This document shows, one piece after another, positions 41,825 through 52,382 of a DNA stretch of 64,000 bases. The translations under genes were made by a program, and so were the position numbers. The notes under the pieces are model-generated. The model worked only from the letters and a program-made list of their open reading frames with translations. It searched no databases and was not told the DNA's origin. Location of the stretch: the NCBI GenBank assembly GCA_021847985.1, contig JAJZNF010000193.1:21866-85865 (forward strand), read 5' to 3'. How positions within the stretch are numbered: the first letter of the stretch is position 1; each line of letters opens with the position of its first letter. This DNA comes from Actinomycetes bacterium (GTDB lineage Bacteria > Actinomycetota > Acidimicrobiia > Acidimicrobiales > Acidimicrobiaceae).

Positions 41825-42511
41825 CTATTGGCCGACGGCCGAAGCCGCAATTGAACGGATCTCCGAAACGGCGGCTTCGAGACCGCCGGGGTGTCGGAAG
41901 AGCGCCGAGCCTGCCACCAGCGCCCTCGCCCCCGCGGCAGCCGCGCCTGCCACGGTGGACGCGGATATGCCCCCGTCCACCTCGATCTCGATCTGATTGG
42001 ACACGCTTTCCGCCAGCTCGTGAGCCTGCCTGACCTTGCGCTCCATGGTTGCGATGTACGCCTGACCACCGAATCCGGGGTTCACGGTCATCACCAGGAT
42101 CAGGTCGCAAAGATCCGCGACGTTCTCGACGGCCTCGATTGGAGTGGCCGGATTCAGGGCTACTCCCGCCTTGGCGCCGGCCTCCTTCACCCTGGCCAAG
42201 GTGCGATGCAGATGCCGCGTCGACTCCGCGTGCACGATGAGCAGCTCGCATCCGGAGGCCACGTAGCGCTCTATGTACTGGTCCGGCTCGACGATCATCA
42301 GGTGGGCCTCGAACGGCAAGGCGGTCACGCCGCGAGTGGAGGCGATCACATCCGGGCCGAAGGTGAGGTTGGGCACGAAGACGCCGTCCATCACGTCCCA
42401 CTGGATTCGGTCGACGCCCGCTTTCTCCAGATCCACCAAGGCGTTGCCCAGCTGCGAGAAGTCTACGGGCAGCACGGAGGGGATGATGGATATCTCCTGC
42501 TTGGCGCCCAT
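41825..42511 (-). CDS. rpe: Ribulose-phosphate 3-epimerase
   Basis: PSVL, DVMDGVFVPNLTFG, EAHLM, HAE, MTVNPGFGGQ, EVDGGI. Confidence 0.95.
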   Translation of the reverse strand: MGAKQEISIIPSVLPVDFSQLGNALVDLEKAGVDRIQWDVMDGVFVPNLTFGPDVIASTRGVTALPFEAHLMIVEPDQYIERYVASGCELLIVHAESTRHLHRTLARVKEAGAKAGVALNPATPIEAVENVADLCDLILVMTVNPGFGGQAYIATMERKVRQAHELAESVSNQIEIEVDGGISASTVAGAAAAGARALVAGSALFRHPGGLEAAVSEIRSIAASAVGQ

Positions 42512-42613
42512 ATTTGGCCTCCCTCGCTCCAGCGACGCGGGTCCTGGAAAACAGGCGCCCGCAGAAAGCTTGCTTTATATATAGAAACCCTATGGCCGTG
42601 CACCCCAATCGGC

Positions 42614-42633
42614 ATTCCCCCATATATGGGATT
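42614..42633. promoter_or_regulatory. Putative operator box 1 (ATTCCCCCATATATGGGATT) between rpe and the response regulator
   Basis: Quasi-palindrome; 15/20 identical to the reverse complement of 45799-45818. Confidence 0.55.
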
Positions 42634-42750
42634 CGCCCTCACCTGCGCACCGCGACGCCGGCGCGCGACCCGGCTGTGCCGCGTATTCTGTGCAGCGAGC
42701 GAGTGGGGACGCCACGCCGCGGCAAACTTGGGGCAAATAGGATCGTATAG

Positions 42751-43437
42751 ATGGCGCTCGACAGCGACAAAGAGGTCCGGCAGCAGCAACCGTTGACGGT
42801 GCTGCTGGTTGACGACCAGGAGATCATCCTGGATGGCATCTCCACCATGATGAGGCGCTTCGAATCCCAGGTGAAGATAGTCGGCCGACTCAAGAACGCA
42901 AAGGCCGCGCTCGCTTTCGCCGAGGAGAACCCCGTCGACATCGTCATCACCGACATCAGACTGCGCAGCGAAAGCGGCATAGACCTTTGCCGCGACTTCG
43001 CTACGCGCTTCCCCGACGTGGCCGTGGTGATGCTGACGGTCTACGACGACGAGCAATACCTTTTCCAGGCGCTCCGCGCAGGCGCAAGGGGCTTCCTCCT
43101 CAAGCAGATCAGTGCTGCCGAACTTCTCGAGCAGCTGCTGCGCGTCGCAATCGGCGACATCGTGGTGGATCCGCATCTGGCCGGCCGAGTGGCCCTTTCC
43201 GCCGCAAGGCTGCACTCGGGCGAGTTCTGGCCCGGCGCCCATCTTGGCCTCACCCAACGCGAGTCCGAAGTCCTCGACCTGGTCACAAAGGGGCACTCCA
43301 ACAAGGCAATCGCCGCCCGCCTCTACTTGGGTGAGGAGACCGTAAAGACGCACCTGAGCGCGATCTACCGCAAGCTCGGCGTGCGTGACCGCACCTCGGC
43401 CGTCGCCCTTGCGATGCGCGAGGCGATCTTCAGATAG
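42751..43437 (+). CDS. NarL/LuxR-family response regulator (MnoR-like)
   Basis: VDDQ, TDIRL phosphoacceptor, FLLK; LTQRESEVL...SNKAIA...ETVKTHL...KLGV HTH. Confidence 0.93.
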   Translation: MALDSDKEVRQQQPLTVLLVDDQEIILDGISTMMRRFESQVKIVGRLKNAKAALAFAEENPVDIVITDIRLRSESGIDLCRDFATRFPDVAVVMLTVYDDEQYLFQALRAGARGFLLKQISAAELLEQLLRVAIGDIVVDPHLAGRVALSAARLHSGEFWPGAHLGLTQRESEVLDLVTKGHSNKAIAARLYLGEETVKTHLSAIYRKLGVRDRTSAVALAMREAIFR

Positions 43438-43445
43438 GAGCCCCC

Positions 43446-44618
43446 GTGACCGCCTCCATGCCACCCGAAGGCGAAAACCTCGGCCACGACCTCCTGAGGA
43501 GCGTGCTGGACGCGATCAGCTCCGTGACTGAGCTGGACGCCCTCGCCGACACGGTCGCAAAGCTGGTGACCGATGCCGTCGGCGCCGATGTCTGCTTCGT
43601 TCACCTTGTCGAGGAACCGAGCACCCATCTCGGGCTCATCGGTGCCACACCACCTTACAACCAGCATCGCGGCAAGATAAGACTGGCGGTCGGCGACGGC
43701 ATCGCGGGATGGGTCGCCCAAGCCAAGACAGCGGTGATGGTCCCCGACAAATGGAAGGACACCCGGTATCGCTACATGCCGGAGCTGGGTGGCGAGAACT
43801 TCGCCTACCTCATCTCCGTGCCGATGATGCGGCCGCAGAACAAGGTGGTCGGGGTGCTGAACGTGCACTGGAAAGTGCCTCCTGCCGACCCCGAGGCCGT
43901 CATGCGCGAGCTGCAGTACGTCGCCAACCTTTTCGCCGCCAATGTGGAGCTGGCCGCCCTGGTCGAGACCCTGGAGCGGCGCGAGAAGGAGCTCGAGCAG
44001 TTCGCAACCAGCGTCATCGACGCCCAGGAATTGGAGCGCAAGAGGATCGCCGGCGACATCCACGACGGGCTGGGGCAACTCCTGCACTCCACCCTCTACC
44101 ATCTCGATGCTGCCACCTACCCGGAAGACCTGGTCTCGGCGCGCGAAGAGATAGGCGTGGCAAAGGACCTCCTCGAACGGGCCATCGCCGAGGTCAAGAG
44201 CACCATCTCGCGCCTCAGACCCCGGATCCTCGACGACCTCGGACTGCTGCCGGGCCTGTCCAGCCTGGCGGCTTCGATGGCGCGGCCCGACGTCGCCATC
44301 GAGCTTCCCGAGGCACTCGAGCATCAGCTTCCCAGCTCGACCGAAATCGCCGTGTATCGGATCGCCCAAGAAGCTCTCGCCAACGTGCAGAAGCACTCGG
44401 GTGCCACCTGGTCGTCCCTAAAGCTCTGGGAGGACCCCGCGCCTGACGCCGTCCTCCACCTGGTGATCACCGATGACGGGGACGGCATCGAGCCGGAGCG
44501 CGGAGAGGGACTCGGCCTGGTTGGCATGAAGGAGCGAGCCGAGCTGATCGGGGCAAAGCTCGACATCTACACGCGACGCGGCCACGGCACAAGAGTCCAT
44601 TTGCGCCTGCCGCTCTGA
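43446..44618 (+). CDS. Cytoplasmic GAF-domain histidine kinase, HisKA_3 type (MnoS-like)
   Basis: GAF (GDGIAGWVA, ISVPM, VGVLNV), ERKRIAGDIHDG, QEALANVQKHS, DDGDG, GLGLVGMKERA, GTRV; no TM segment. Confidence 0.92.
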   Translation: MTASMPPEGENLGHDLLRSVLDAISSVTELDALADTVAKLVTDAVGADVCFVHLVEEPSTHLGLIGATPPYNQHRGKIRLAVGDGIAGWVAQAKTAVMVPDKWKDTRYRYMPELGGENFAYLISVPMMRPQNKVVGVLNVHWKVPPADPEAVMRELQYVANLFAANVELAALVETLERREKELEQFATSVIDAQELERKRIAGDIHDGLGQLLHSTLYHLDAATYPEDLVSAREEIGVAKDLLERAIAEVKSTISRLRPRILDDLGLLPGLSSLAASMARPDVAIELPEALEHQLPSSTEIAVYRIAQEALANVQKHSGATWSSLKLWEDPAPDAVLHLVITDDGDGIEPERGEGLGLVGMKERAELIGAKLDIYTRRGHGTRVHLRLPL

Positions 44619-44655
44619 CCCACGGGTCCGGCGCGCAAGAGCAGCGCGATAACCG

Positions 44656-44690
44656 AAGAAGCCCTCCCCGCTCGGCGGGAAGGGCTTCTT
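44656..44690. terminator. Bidirectional intrinsic terminator between the kinase and the aldolase
   Basis: AAGAAGCCCTcCCCGC-TCG-GCGGGaAGGGCTTCTT long stem between convergent genes. Confidence 0.8.
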
Positions 44691-44711
44691 ACATTCCTGG
44701 TCCTTGTCGGA

Positions 44712-45713
44712 CTAGCCGCGATCAGACGCCGCCGCGAAGTTGGCGCTGGCCCGGTCGGCGAGCGCGGCCTGCGCGGCGGGCACGTCCTTGAGCTTGGTGG
44801 CCCAGGAGCTCATGGCAGCGTCCTGAAGGGCCCGGCCGTAGGAGAAGGTGATGGGCCAGGGCAGCGGCCCAAGCTCGTTCATCAAGGCAAGGTGCTCGGT
44901 GGCCTCGTGGTCATTTTGACCGCCTGAAAGCAGGGCGATTCCGGCCACCGAAGCTGGCACCGTGTTGCGGTAGCACTCCACCGATGCCGCGGCGACCTCC
45001 TTGCGGCCCGCTCGCTCCGCGGCGCCCTTGCCCGAGATGACCATGGAGGGCTTGAGAACCATCTGATCGAAGGCGACCTCCTGATTCCAAAGCTCGGCAA
45101 AGACGGCGTTCAGCGTGGCCGCGGTCACCTCGAAGGAGCGCTCGAGTGAATGGTTGCCGTCCATCAGGACCTCGGGCTCGACGATCGGCACGATGCCCTC
45201 CGCCTGGCAGATGCGCGCATAGCGCGCAAGCGCATGCGCGTTGGCGAGAATGCACGCACGGCTCGGGAGGGTGGCCTCCTCGATCCTGATCACGGCGCGC
45301 CACTTGGCAAAGGTCCCGCCCAGGGAGCGGTACTCGGCCAAGCGCCCACCCAGGCCGTCCAGACCTTCAGTGACGGTCTCGGCGGGCCGACCGGCCATCG
45401 GCTTTGCGCCGGTGTCGACCTTGATTCCAGGGAGCATCCGGTTGGCGGCCAGGAACTCCGGAACGGTCGCGCCGTTGGAGAGGCGCTGCCGGAAGGTCTC
45501 GTCGTAGAGGATCACCCCGGAGATCCAGTCCGAAAGGCCGGGCGTGGTAAAGAGCATCTCCCTCCAGGCCAGACGGGTCTCGGCGGTGGACTCGAGACCC
45601 AGCGCGTCAAAGCGCTTGGTGAGGGTTGGACTGCTCTCGTCCGCAGCCAGCAGTCCTCTGCCTCCGGAGACCATCGTCCTTGCGACTTCTCTCAGCTCGT
45701 TTGCGTAACTCAA
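44712..45713 (-). CDS. Fructose-bisphosphate aldolase class I
   Basis: GLLAADES, GIKVDTG, TEGLDGL, FAKWRAV, PIVEPEVL, LKPSMV (Schiff-base Lys), LSGGQ, FSYGRALQ; TTG start at 45713. Confidence 0.95.
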   Translation of the reverse strand: MSYANELREVARTMVSGGRGLLAADESSPTLTKRFDALGLESTAETRLAWREMLFTTPGLSDWISGVILYDETFRQRLSNGATVPEFLAANRMLPGIKVDTGAKPMAGRPAETVTEGLDGLGGRLAEYRSLGGTFAKWRAVIRIEEATLPSRACILANAHALARYARICQAEGIVPIVEPEVLMDGNHSLERSFEVTAATLNAVFAELWNQEVAFDQMVLKPSMVISGKGAAERAGRKEVAAASVECYRNTVPASVAGIALLSGGQNDHEATEHLALMNELGPLPWPITFSYGRALQDAAMSSWATKLKDVPAAQAALADRASANFAAASDRG

Positions 45714-45798
45714 CTCGACCCCCGTCGTGCTCGGCGCATGGCCACATCGGCCACGCATGGGCTCGACACCGAACCTAAGGCGCGCGCCGTCGCGACGC

Positions 45799-45818
45799 TT
45801 TCACCTATACGGGGGAAT
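45799..45818. promoter_or_regulatory. Putative operator box 2 (TTTCACCTATACGGGGGAAT) upstream of the aldolase
   Basis: Reverse complement ATTCCCCCGTATAGGTGAAA matches box 1; lies in the cbbR-aldolase gap. Confidence 0.55.
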
Positions 45819-45819
45819 C

Positions 45820-46692
45820 TCAGGATGAGAGAGAGATCTGGCCCGTGGCGGCGAGGTGGCCGACGAACGCCTGCACGGCGGCGTCCTGCTCATGGCCGGT
45901 CCGCACCACCAGATGCCACTGCTTGCTGATCGGCAATCCCGGCATCTCGATCCTGTTCACCTCGAACTCGAGACCGGTTCCTATCAGCGAGTCGAGCGAG
46001 ACCACCGCCACCCCGATGCCAAGGCTGACCGCCTGGAGGATGGCCACGTTGGAACCGATGGTCATGGTCGGCACCTCGAAGCCGGACGCGGCAAGCACCT
46101 CGAGGGCTGACTGCCTGCTTCCAGAGCCCTCCTCACGCAAAAGCCAAGTCGATGCCGCTGGATCGGGCTCCTTGCCCGCGGCCGAACCGACCAGGACGAG
46201 CGAGTGCTGGCGCGTGGCGACGGTTGTGAAAAGAGCGTTGCTGCGCGGCCGGCCGGCGATGACGACATCCACCTTGTGCGAGGCCAGAAGGTCGAACACC
46301 CGGTCGCGGTTGCCAACTTCCAGCGCGATGTCGAACTCCGGCATCGCAGCGAGGAACCCTCCGATCCAGTGGGGCAGCAGGAACTCCCCGACCGTTGTCA
46401 CCGCCCCGATGCGCAGGCTGCGCCGTGTCCGCTTCCCCGCCTCACGGGCGACGCGCGCGGCGTCCTCGAGAAGCCCGATCACCTCCACCGCCTTCTCGTA
46501 AAGGGCCATGCCGGCGTCGGTGATGGCGATATTGCGCCCATCGCGGACAACGAGATTCACACCAAGTTCGGCCTGCAGCGAGGCCAGCGCGGATGATACC
46601 GCGGCCTGCGAGACGAACAAAGAGTCCGCAGCGCGCGAAACCGAACGGTTCGCCACAACGGCTATGAAGGTTCGCAGCTGCCCCGGCGTCAC
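45820..46692 (-). CDS. cbbR: LysR-type regulator CbbR
   Basis: QLRTF...SVSRAADSLFVSQAAVS HTH, VGNR, LREEGSGSR; divergent from cbbL. Confidence 0.88.
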   Translation of the reverse strand: MTPGQLRTFIAVVANRSVSRAADSLFVSQAAVSSALASLQAELGVNLVVRDGRNIAITDAGMALYEKAVEVIGLLEDAARVAREAGKRTRRSLRIGAVTTVGEFLLPHWIGGFLAAMPEFDIALEVGNRDRVFDLLASHKVDVVIAGRPRSNALFTTVATRQHSLVLVGSAAGKEPDPAASTWLLREEGSGSRQSALEVLAASGFEVPTMTIGSNVAILQAVSLGIGVAVVSLDSLIGTGLEFEVNRIEMPGLPISKQWHLVVRTGHEQDAAVQAFVGHLAATGQISLSS

Positions 46693-46786
46693 GGCCGGCC
46701 TCCGTCATAAGGCGGCCACCTACTCATGCATCCCCCCTATTGCACAGCCGTCACAGGCGCCCCCTTAGCGCTGTGCAGCTCTATTC

Positions 46787-46862
46787 ATAAGTTCTAGCTT
46801 ATCAGATTGCCCATAAAACCTAAGCTTTTACCATTGGATTTTGGCCGTCCCACGCTTATCCT
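46787..46862 (+). promoter_or_regulatory. CbbR-type binding boxes and probable cbbL promoter
   Basis: ATAAG-N6-CTTAT (46787-46802), TAAAA-N7-TTTTA (46814-46830), then TTGGAT-N17-TATCCT (46834-46862); AT-rich island in the cbbR-cbbL gap. Confidence 0.65.
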
Positions 46863-46884
46863 CAACTGTGGTTGCACGGTATAA

Positions 46885-48519
<1,635 letters not shown>

Positions 48520-48537
48520 GAAAGAGAGCTGAGACAG

Positions 48538-48972
48538 ATGATCACCAACCCGACCGGCAGGCTGACCCAGGGCCAGTTCTCCTTTCTGCCCGACCTGACC
48601 GACGAGCAGATCTCCGCGCAGATCAAGTGGGCTCTCGCCCACGACTGGGCGGTCAGCATCGAATACACGGACGACCCCCACCCGCGCAACACGTACTGGG
48701 AGATGTTCGGGCTGCCCATGTTCGACCTCAAGGATCCAGCCGCGATCCTCATGGAGATCAACGAGGCCCGTAAGACCTTCCCCAATTACTACATTCGGGT
48801 AATGGCCTTCAACTCGACCCGGGGCGTCGAGAGTCCGGCGATGAGCTTCATCGTCAACCGTCCCGCCAACGAACCCGGCCTCGGCCTCTCGCGGCAGGAG
48901 GGACAAGGCCGCGAGATCCGCTACGGGTTCCACGCCTACGCCACGGACAAGCCCGAGGGCGAGCGTTACTAA
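48538..48972 (+). CDS. cbbS: RuBisCO small subunit, red-type
   Basis: [38 protein letters not shown], red-type C-terminal extension. Confidence 0.97.
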   Translation: MITNPTGRLTQGQFSFLPDLTDEQISAQIKWALAHDWAVSIEYTDDPHPRNTYWEMFGLPMFDLKDPAAILMEINEARKTFPNYYIRVMAFNSTRGVESPAMSFIVNRPANEPGLGLSRQEGQGREIRYGFHAYATDKPEGERY

Positions 48973-48996
48973 CGGACGGGCCCGCAAGCCAAATGT

Positions 48997-49028
48997 GGAC
49001 GCGGCGCCCTGGGGCGCCGCGTCCTTTT
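48997..49028 (+). terminator. Stem-loop between cbbS and cbbX (partial terminator / mRNA stabiliser)
   Basis: GGACGCGGCGCC-CTGG-GGCGCCGCGTCC-TTTT. Confidence 0.75.
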
Positions 49029-49063
49029 CGTACCAGCCATCAAGTCGACACGGGTGGAGAGAA

Positions 49064-49990
49064 ATGAGCGACACGGAGAACAAGCCCTCAGAGTTGAACG
49101 AAATCGACATCGACGCGATCTACAGGGAATCCGAGATCCAGGACGTCCTTGACCGTCTGGATGCCGAGCTCATCGGCCTGGTACCCGTCAAGACGCGAAT
49201 CCGAGAGATCGCGGCCCTGCTGCTCATCGACAAGCTGCGACGCCAGCTCGACCTGACCGCCGGCAACCCTTCAATGCACATGTCCTTCACCGGCAACCCC
49301 GGGACAGGCAAGACAACGGTGGCCATGCGCATGGCCGACATCCTCCACCGCCTCGGTTACGTCCGGCAGGGGCATTTGGTGGCCGTGACTCGCGACGACC
49401 TGGTCGGGCAGTACATCGGCCACACCGCACCCAAAACGCGTGAAGTGCTGAAGAAGGCCATGGGCGGTGTGCTCTTCATCGACGAGGCCTACTACCTGTA
49501 CAAGCCCGAGAACGAGCGCGACTACGGCGCCGAATCGATCGAAATCCTCCTCCAGGTCATGGAGAACCAGCGCGACGACCTGGTGGTCATCCTCGCCGGA
49601 TACAAGGACCGTATGGACAAGTTCTTCGAGTCGAACCCGGGGATGTCCTCGCGCATAGCACACCACATCGACTTCCCGAACTACAACCCGACCGAGTTGG
49701 TGCAGATCGCCAAGCTGATGCTGGCCGAGTCAAATTACCGCATGAGTGACGAGGCCGAGGACGTCTTCGCCCAATACGTGGTCAAGCGCATGGAGATGCC
49801 GAACTTCGCGAACGCGCGCTCCATCCGCAATGCGCTCGACCGGGCGCGGCTGCGCCAGGCGAATCGCCTCTTCAACTCTCGCGGGCGGATGCTGACCAAA
49901 GCCGACCTTATGACGATCGAGGCCGACGACTTCCTGAAGAGCCGCATCTTCTCCGACGGCGTCGACGACAACTCCGAGGACGGCGAGTAG
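49064..49990 (+). CDS. cbbX: CbbX red-type RuBisCO activase (AAA+)
   Basis: [47 protein letters not shown]. Confidence 0.97.
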   Translation: MSDTENKPSELNEIDIDAIYRESEIQDVLDRLDAELIGLVPVKTRIREIAALLLIDKLRRQLDLTAGNPSMHMSFTGNPGTGKTTVAMRMADILHRLGYVRQGHLVAVTRDDLVGQYIGHTAPKTREVLKKAMGGVLFIDEAYYLYKPENERDYGAESIEILLQVMENQRDDLVVILAGYKDRMDKFFESNPGMSSRIAHHIDFPNYNPTELVQIAKLMLAESNYRMSDEAEDVFAQYVVKRMEMPNFANARSIRNALDRARLRQANRLFNSRGRMLTKADLMTIEADDFLKSRIFSDGVDDNSEDGE

Positions 49991-49998
49991 CCGCCGCC

Positions 49999-51444
49999 TC
50001 AGCCCAGCTTCCACGCATAGGGATCGATGAGATCGTTGACCTCGCCGGGCCCGAAGCTCCCCTTTGCATACGTGATCGGCCGAGGCGGATCCTCCAGCAA
50101 GGGGGCTGATGCCTCCCACAACCTCTCGATGCCTTCGGCGGCATTGAAGAGTGTGCGGTCACCGAGCAGTGCATCGTGCAGAAGGCGTTCGTAAGCCGCC
50201 AGCTCATAACGCATGTTGAAGCTCTCCGCGTAGCTGAAGGTCAGCTCGGCCGCGGCAACGTCCATCGTGACTCCCGGCGTCTTGGCAAGAAAGCTGACCT
50301 CGATGGAGCCGGGGTCACCCAGGTCAAGCACCAATTGATTGCAGGCGCCTCCCCGATCCGGAACCTTGGCTCCCTCGAAGCGCCCCAAGTCCGGCACCCG
50401 GAATCCGAGTGTGGCCACCGACTTTTCCGCCCCCATCGCCTTTCCGGTGCGCAGGAAGAAAGGCACCCCGGACCAGCGGTCGTTGTCTATCCATACCCTG
50501 GCCGCGACCAGGGTCTCGGTCCTTGAGCCCGCCGCGACGCCCGGCTCCTGCAGGTATCCCTCGTATTGCCCAAAGACCACATCCTCCTTGGTCAGCGGCC
50601 TAAGCGCCGCGAAGACATGATTCTTGGCAGCATTGAGGCTGCGCGCGTCGAGCCGTCCAGGAGGCTCCATTGCCAGGAAACCGAGTACCTGCAATAGGTG
50701 CGTGACGATCATGTCGCGGTAGGCCCCGGTCTCCTCGTAGAAAGCTCCCCGGCCCTCGATCGTGAGCGTCTCGGGGACGTCAAGCTGGACGTATTCCAGG
50801 AAGGAGCGGTTCCACGCCGGCTCGAAGATGCCGTTGGCGAATCGTAGGGCAAGTATGTTCTGGACCGCCTCCTTGCCAAGGAAGTGGTCGATCCGATACA
50901 CCTCGTCTTCGGAGAACGCACCGTGAATGGCCCGGTTCAGTTCCTTGGCGCTTTTCAGATCGTAACCGAACGGCTTCTCGATGATCAGGCGCGACCCTTT
51001 CGCCAGGCCACTGGCCCCGAGGGCCGTGATCACGGGGACGAATGCCGGAGGGGGAACGGCCAGATAGAAGACGGCCGCCTTGGCGCCGGTCTCCTCCCGT
51101 GCGTCCTGCACCGCTGAGGCCAACCCTGAAAAGTCCGGTGTCGATGCCGAGCAGTACGAGAGGCTCTTGGCGAATTCCTCGAAGTCCGAGCCCGCTCCCT
51201 CGCGCCTCCCGAAGGTGGCCACCGAAGTGCGGGCCATCTCGACAAATCCGTCGGCATCCATCGCGATCCCCGCCGGAGCGCTCCCGATGATGCGGAACTT
51301 CTCGGGCATCAACCCGGCACGGTAGAGGTGATATAGCCCGGGTATCAGCTTCCGCTTGGCCAGGTCGCCGCTTGCCCCGAAAAGAACCAGCACTGCCGAA
51401 TCGGGTCGCAACCCCTCACTCTCTTGCTTCGTCGATGCCTGCAT
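49999..51444 (-). CDS. zwf: Glucose-6-phosphate 1-dehydrogenase
   Basis: GASGDLAKRK, EKPFG, RIDHFLGKE, RDMIVTHLLQ, RTGK, AYERLL. Confidence 0.93.
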   Translation of the reverse strand: MQASTKQESEGLRPDSAVLVLFGASGDLAKRKLIPGLYHLYRAGLMPEKFRIIGSAPAGIAMDADGFVEMARTSVATFGRREGAGSDFEEFAKSLSYCSASTPDFSGLASAVQDAREETGAKAAVFYLAVPPPAFVPVITALGASGLAKGSRLIIEKPFGYDLKSAKELNRAIHGAFSEDEVYRIDHFLGKEAVQNILALRFANGIFEPAWNRSFLEYVQLDVPETLTIEGRGAFYEETGAYRDMIVTHLLQVLGFLAMEPPGRLDARSLNAAKNHVFAALRPLTKEDVVFGQYEGYLQEPGVAAGSRTETLVAARVWIDNDRWSGVPFFLRTGKAMGAEKSVATLGFRVPDLGRFEGAKVPDRGGACNQLVLDLGDPGSIEVSFLAKTPGVTMDVAAAELTFSYAESFNMRYELAAYERLLHDALLGDRTLFNAAEGIERLWEASAPLLEDPPRPITYAKGSFGPGEVNDLIDPYAWKLG

Positions 51445-51459
51445 CAAGCCTCCCATACC

Positions 51460-52245
51460 TCAGCGCGCCTTCGGCACTTGTCCAACTTGAACGGCGAGCG
51501 GCGGAAGCCCGTGCTCCAAGCTGGGAATCACCCAGTCCGCGCCGGATTTCTCGAGCTGCTCCATGCCGTACTTGTGGCTTGCCACCGCCACGCACGCGAT
51601 TCCCGCAGCGTGAGCCGCCTCGACATCGTTGGGTGTGTCGCCGACGGCCAGGAAGGCCGCCGGGGGAACGCCCCTGCCAAAGACCACTGAGCCTCGCCGC
51701 ATGGCGGTCCTGGTGACCTCCACTCTGTCGGCTGAATCGGACCCGTAGCCACCGAAGGAGAAATACCGGTTGAGCCCGCCACGCGCCAACTTGACGTGTG
51801 CCGCGGCTTCTAGATTCCCGGTCACCAGTCCAAGTACGTAGCCCTCCTCCACCAGACGTGGCAAAAGCTCCTCCACGCCGGGCAGCACCCGATAGCCGCT
51901 GGATTCGGCAACCGTTTGAGACAGGTAGTGCATGCGCCGCTCCAGCAGCCGTGCGAACTCCGGCGCACCGGGAGAACGCCCCATGACGGCCTCGAAGGTC
52001 CTGCGGCCCACCTCGGGATCCGTCATGCCGGTGTCGCTGTAGTCGGTGATATCGGCCTCGACCCCCCAAAGGTCGGCAAAGGCCAGCTCCCAGGAACGTG
52101 CGCCCGCACCATCGGTAACGATCAGCGTGCCGTCTATGTCGAAGAGAACCGCCGCTCGGAGATCGCCGCTGGTGGAGGTGGCCGAAACCTTCGCGTCGAC
52201 GCCGGCCCCCCGGCCAACCGGGGGTTTACTATGCGTCTGAGTCAT
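51460..52245 (-). CDS. HAD-family phosphatase (phosphoglycolate phosphatase-like)
   Basis: FDIDGTL, VTGN, K motif, GDTPND; start uncertain. Confidence 0.8.
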   Translation of the reverse strand: MTQTHSKPPVGRGAGVDAKVSATSTSGDLRAAVLFDIDGTLIVTDGAGARSWELAFADLWGVEADITDYSDTGMTDPEVGRRTFEAVMGRSPGAPEFARLLERRMHYLSQTVAESSGYRVLPGVEELLPRLVEEGYVLGLVTGNLEAAAHVKLARGGLNRYFSFGGYGSDSADRVEVTRTAMRRGSVVFGRGVPPAAFLAVGDTPNDVEAAHAAGIACVAVASHKYGMEQLEKSGADWVIPSLEHGLPPLAVQVGQVPKAR

Positions 52246-52382
52246 CCATCCGTCCTTTCGCGCAAAGCCGCGCGGTCGCCAGGAAATTGGCGAGGAACGG
52301 GCTTGGCAGGGATCGAATGTTTTCAAGCCTATTGCAGGCCTCGAGGTCTTTAATTATCACCCCAGCTCAGGGGGCACGCCCT

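Noticed and set aside
52355-52378. TCACCCCAGCTCAGGGGGCA as a third copy of the CBB operator
   Set aside because: Spacer length and flanks differ from boxes 1 and 2; could be a simple hairpin after the peptidase gene
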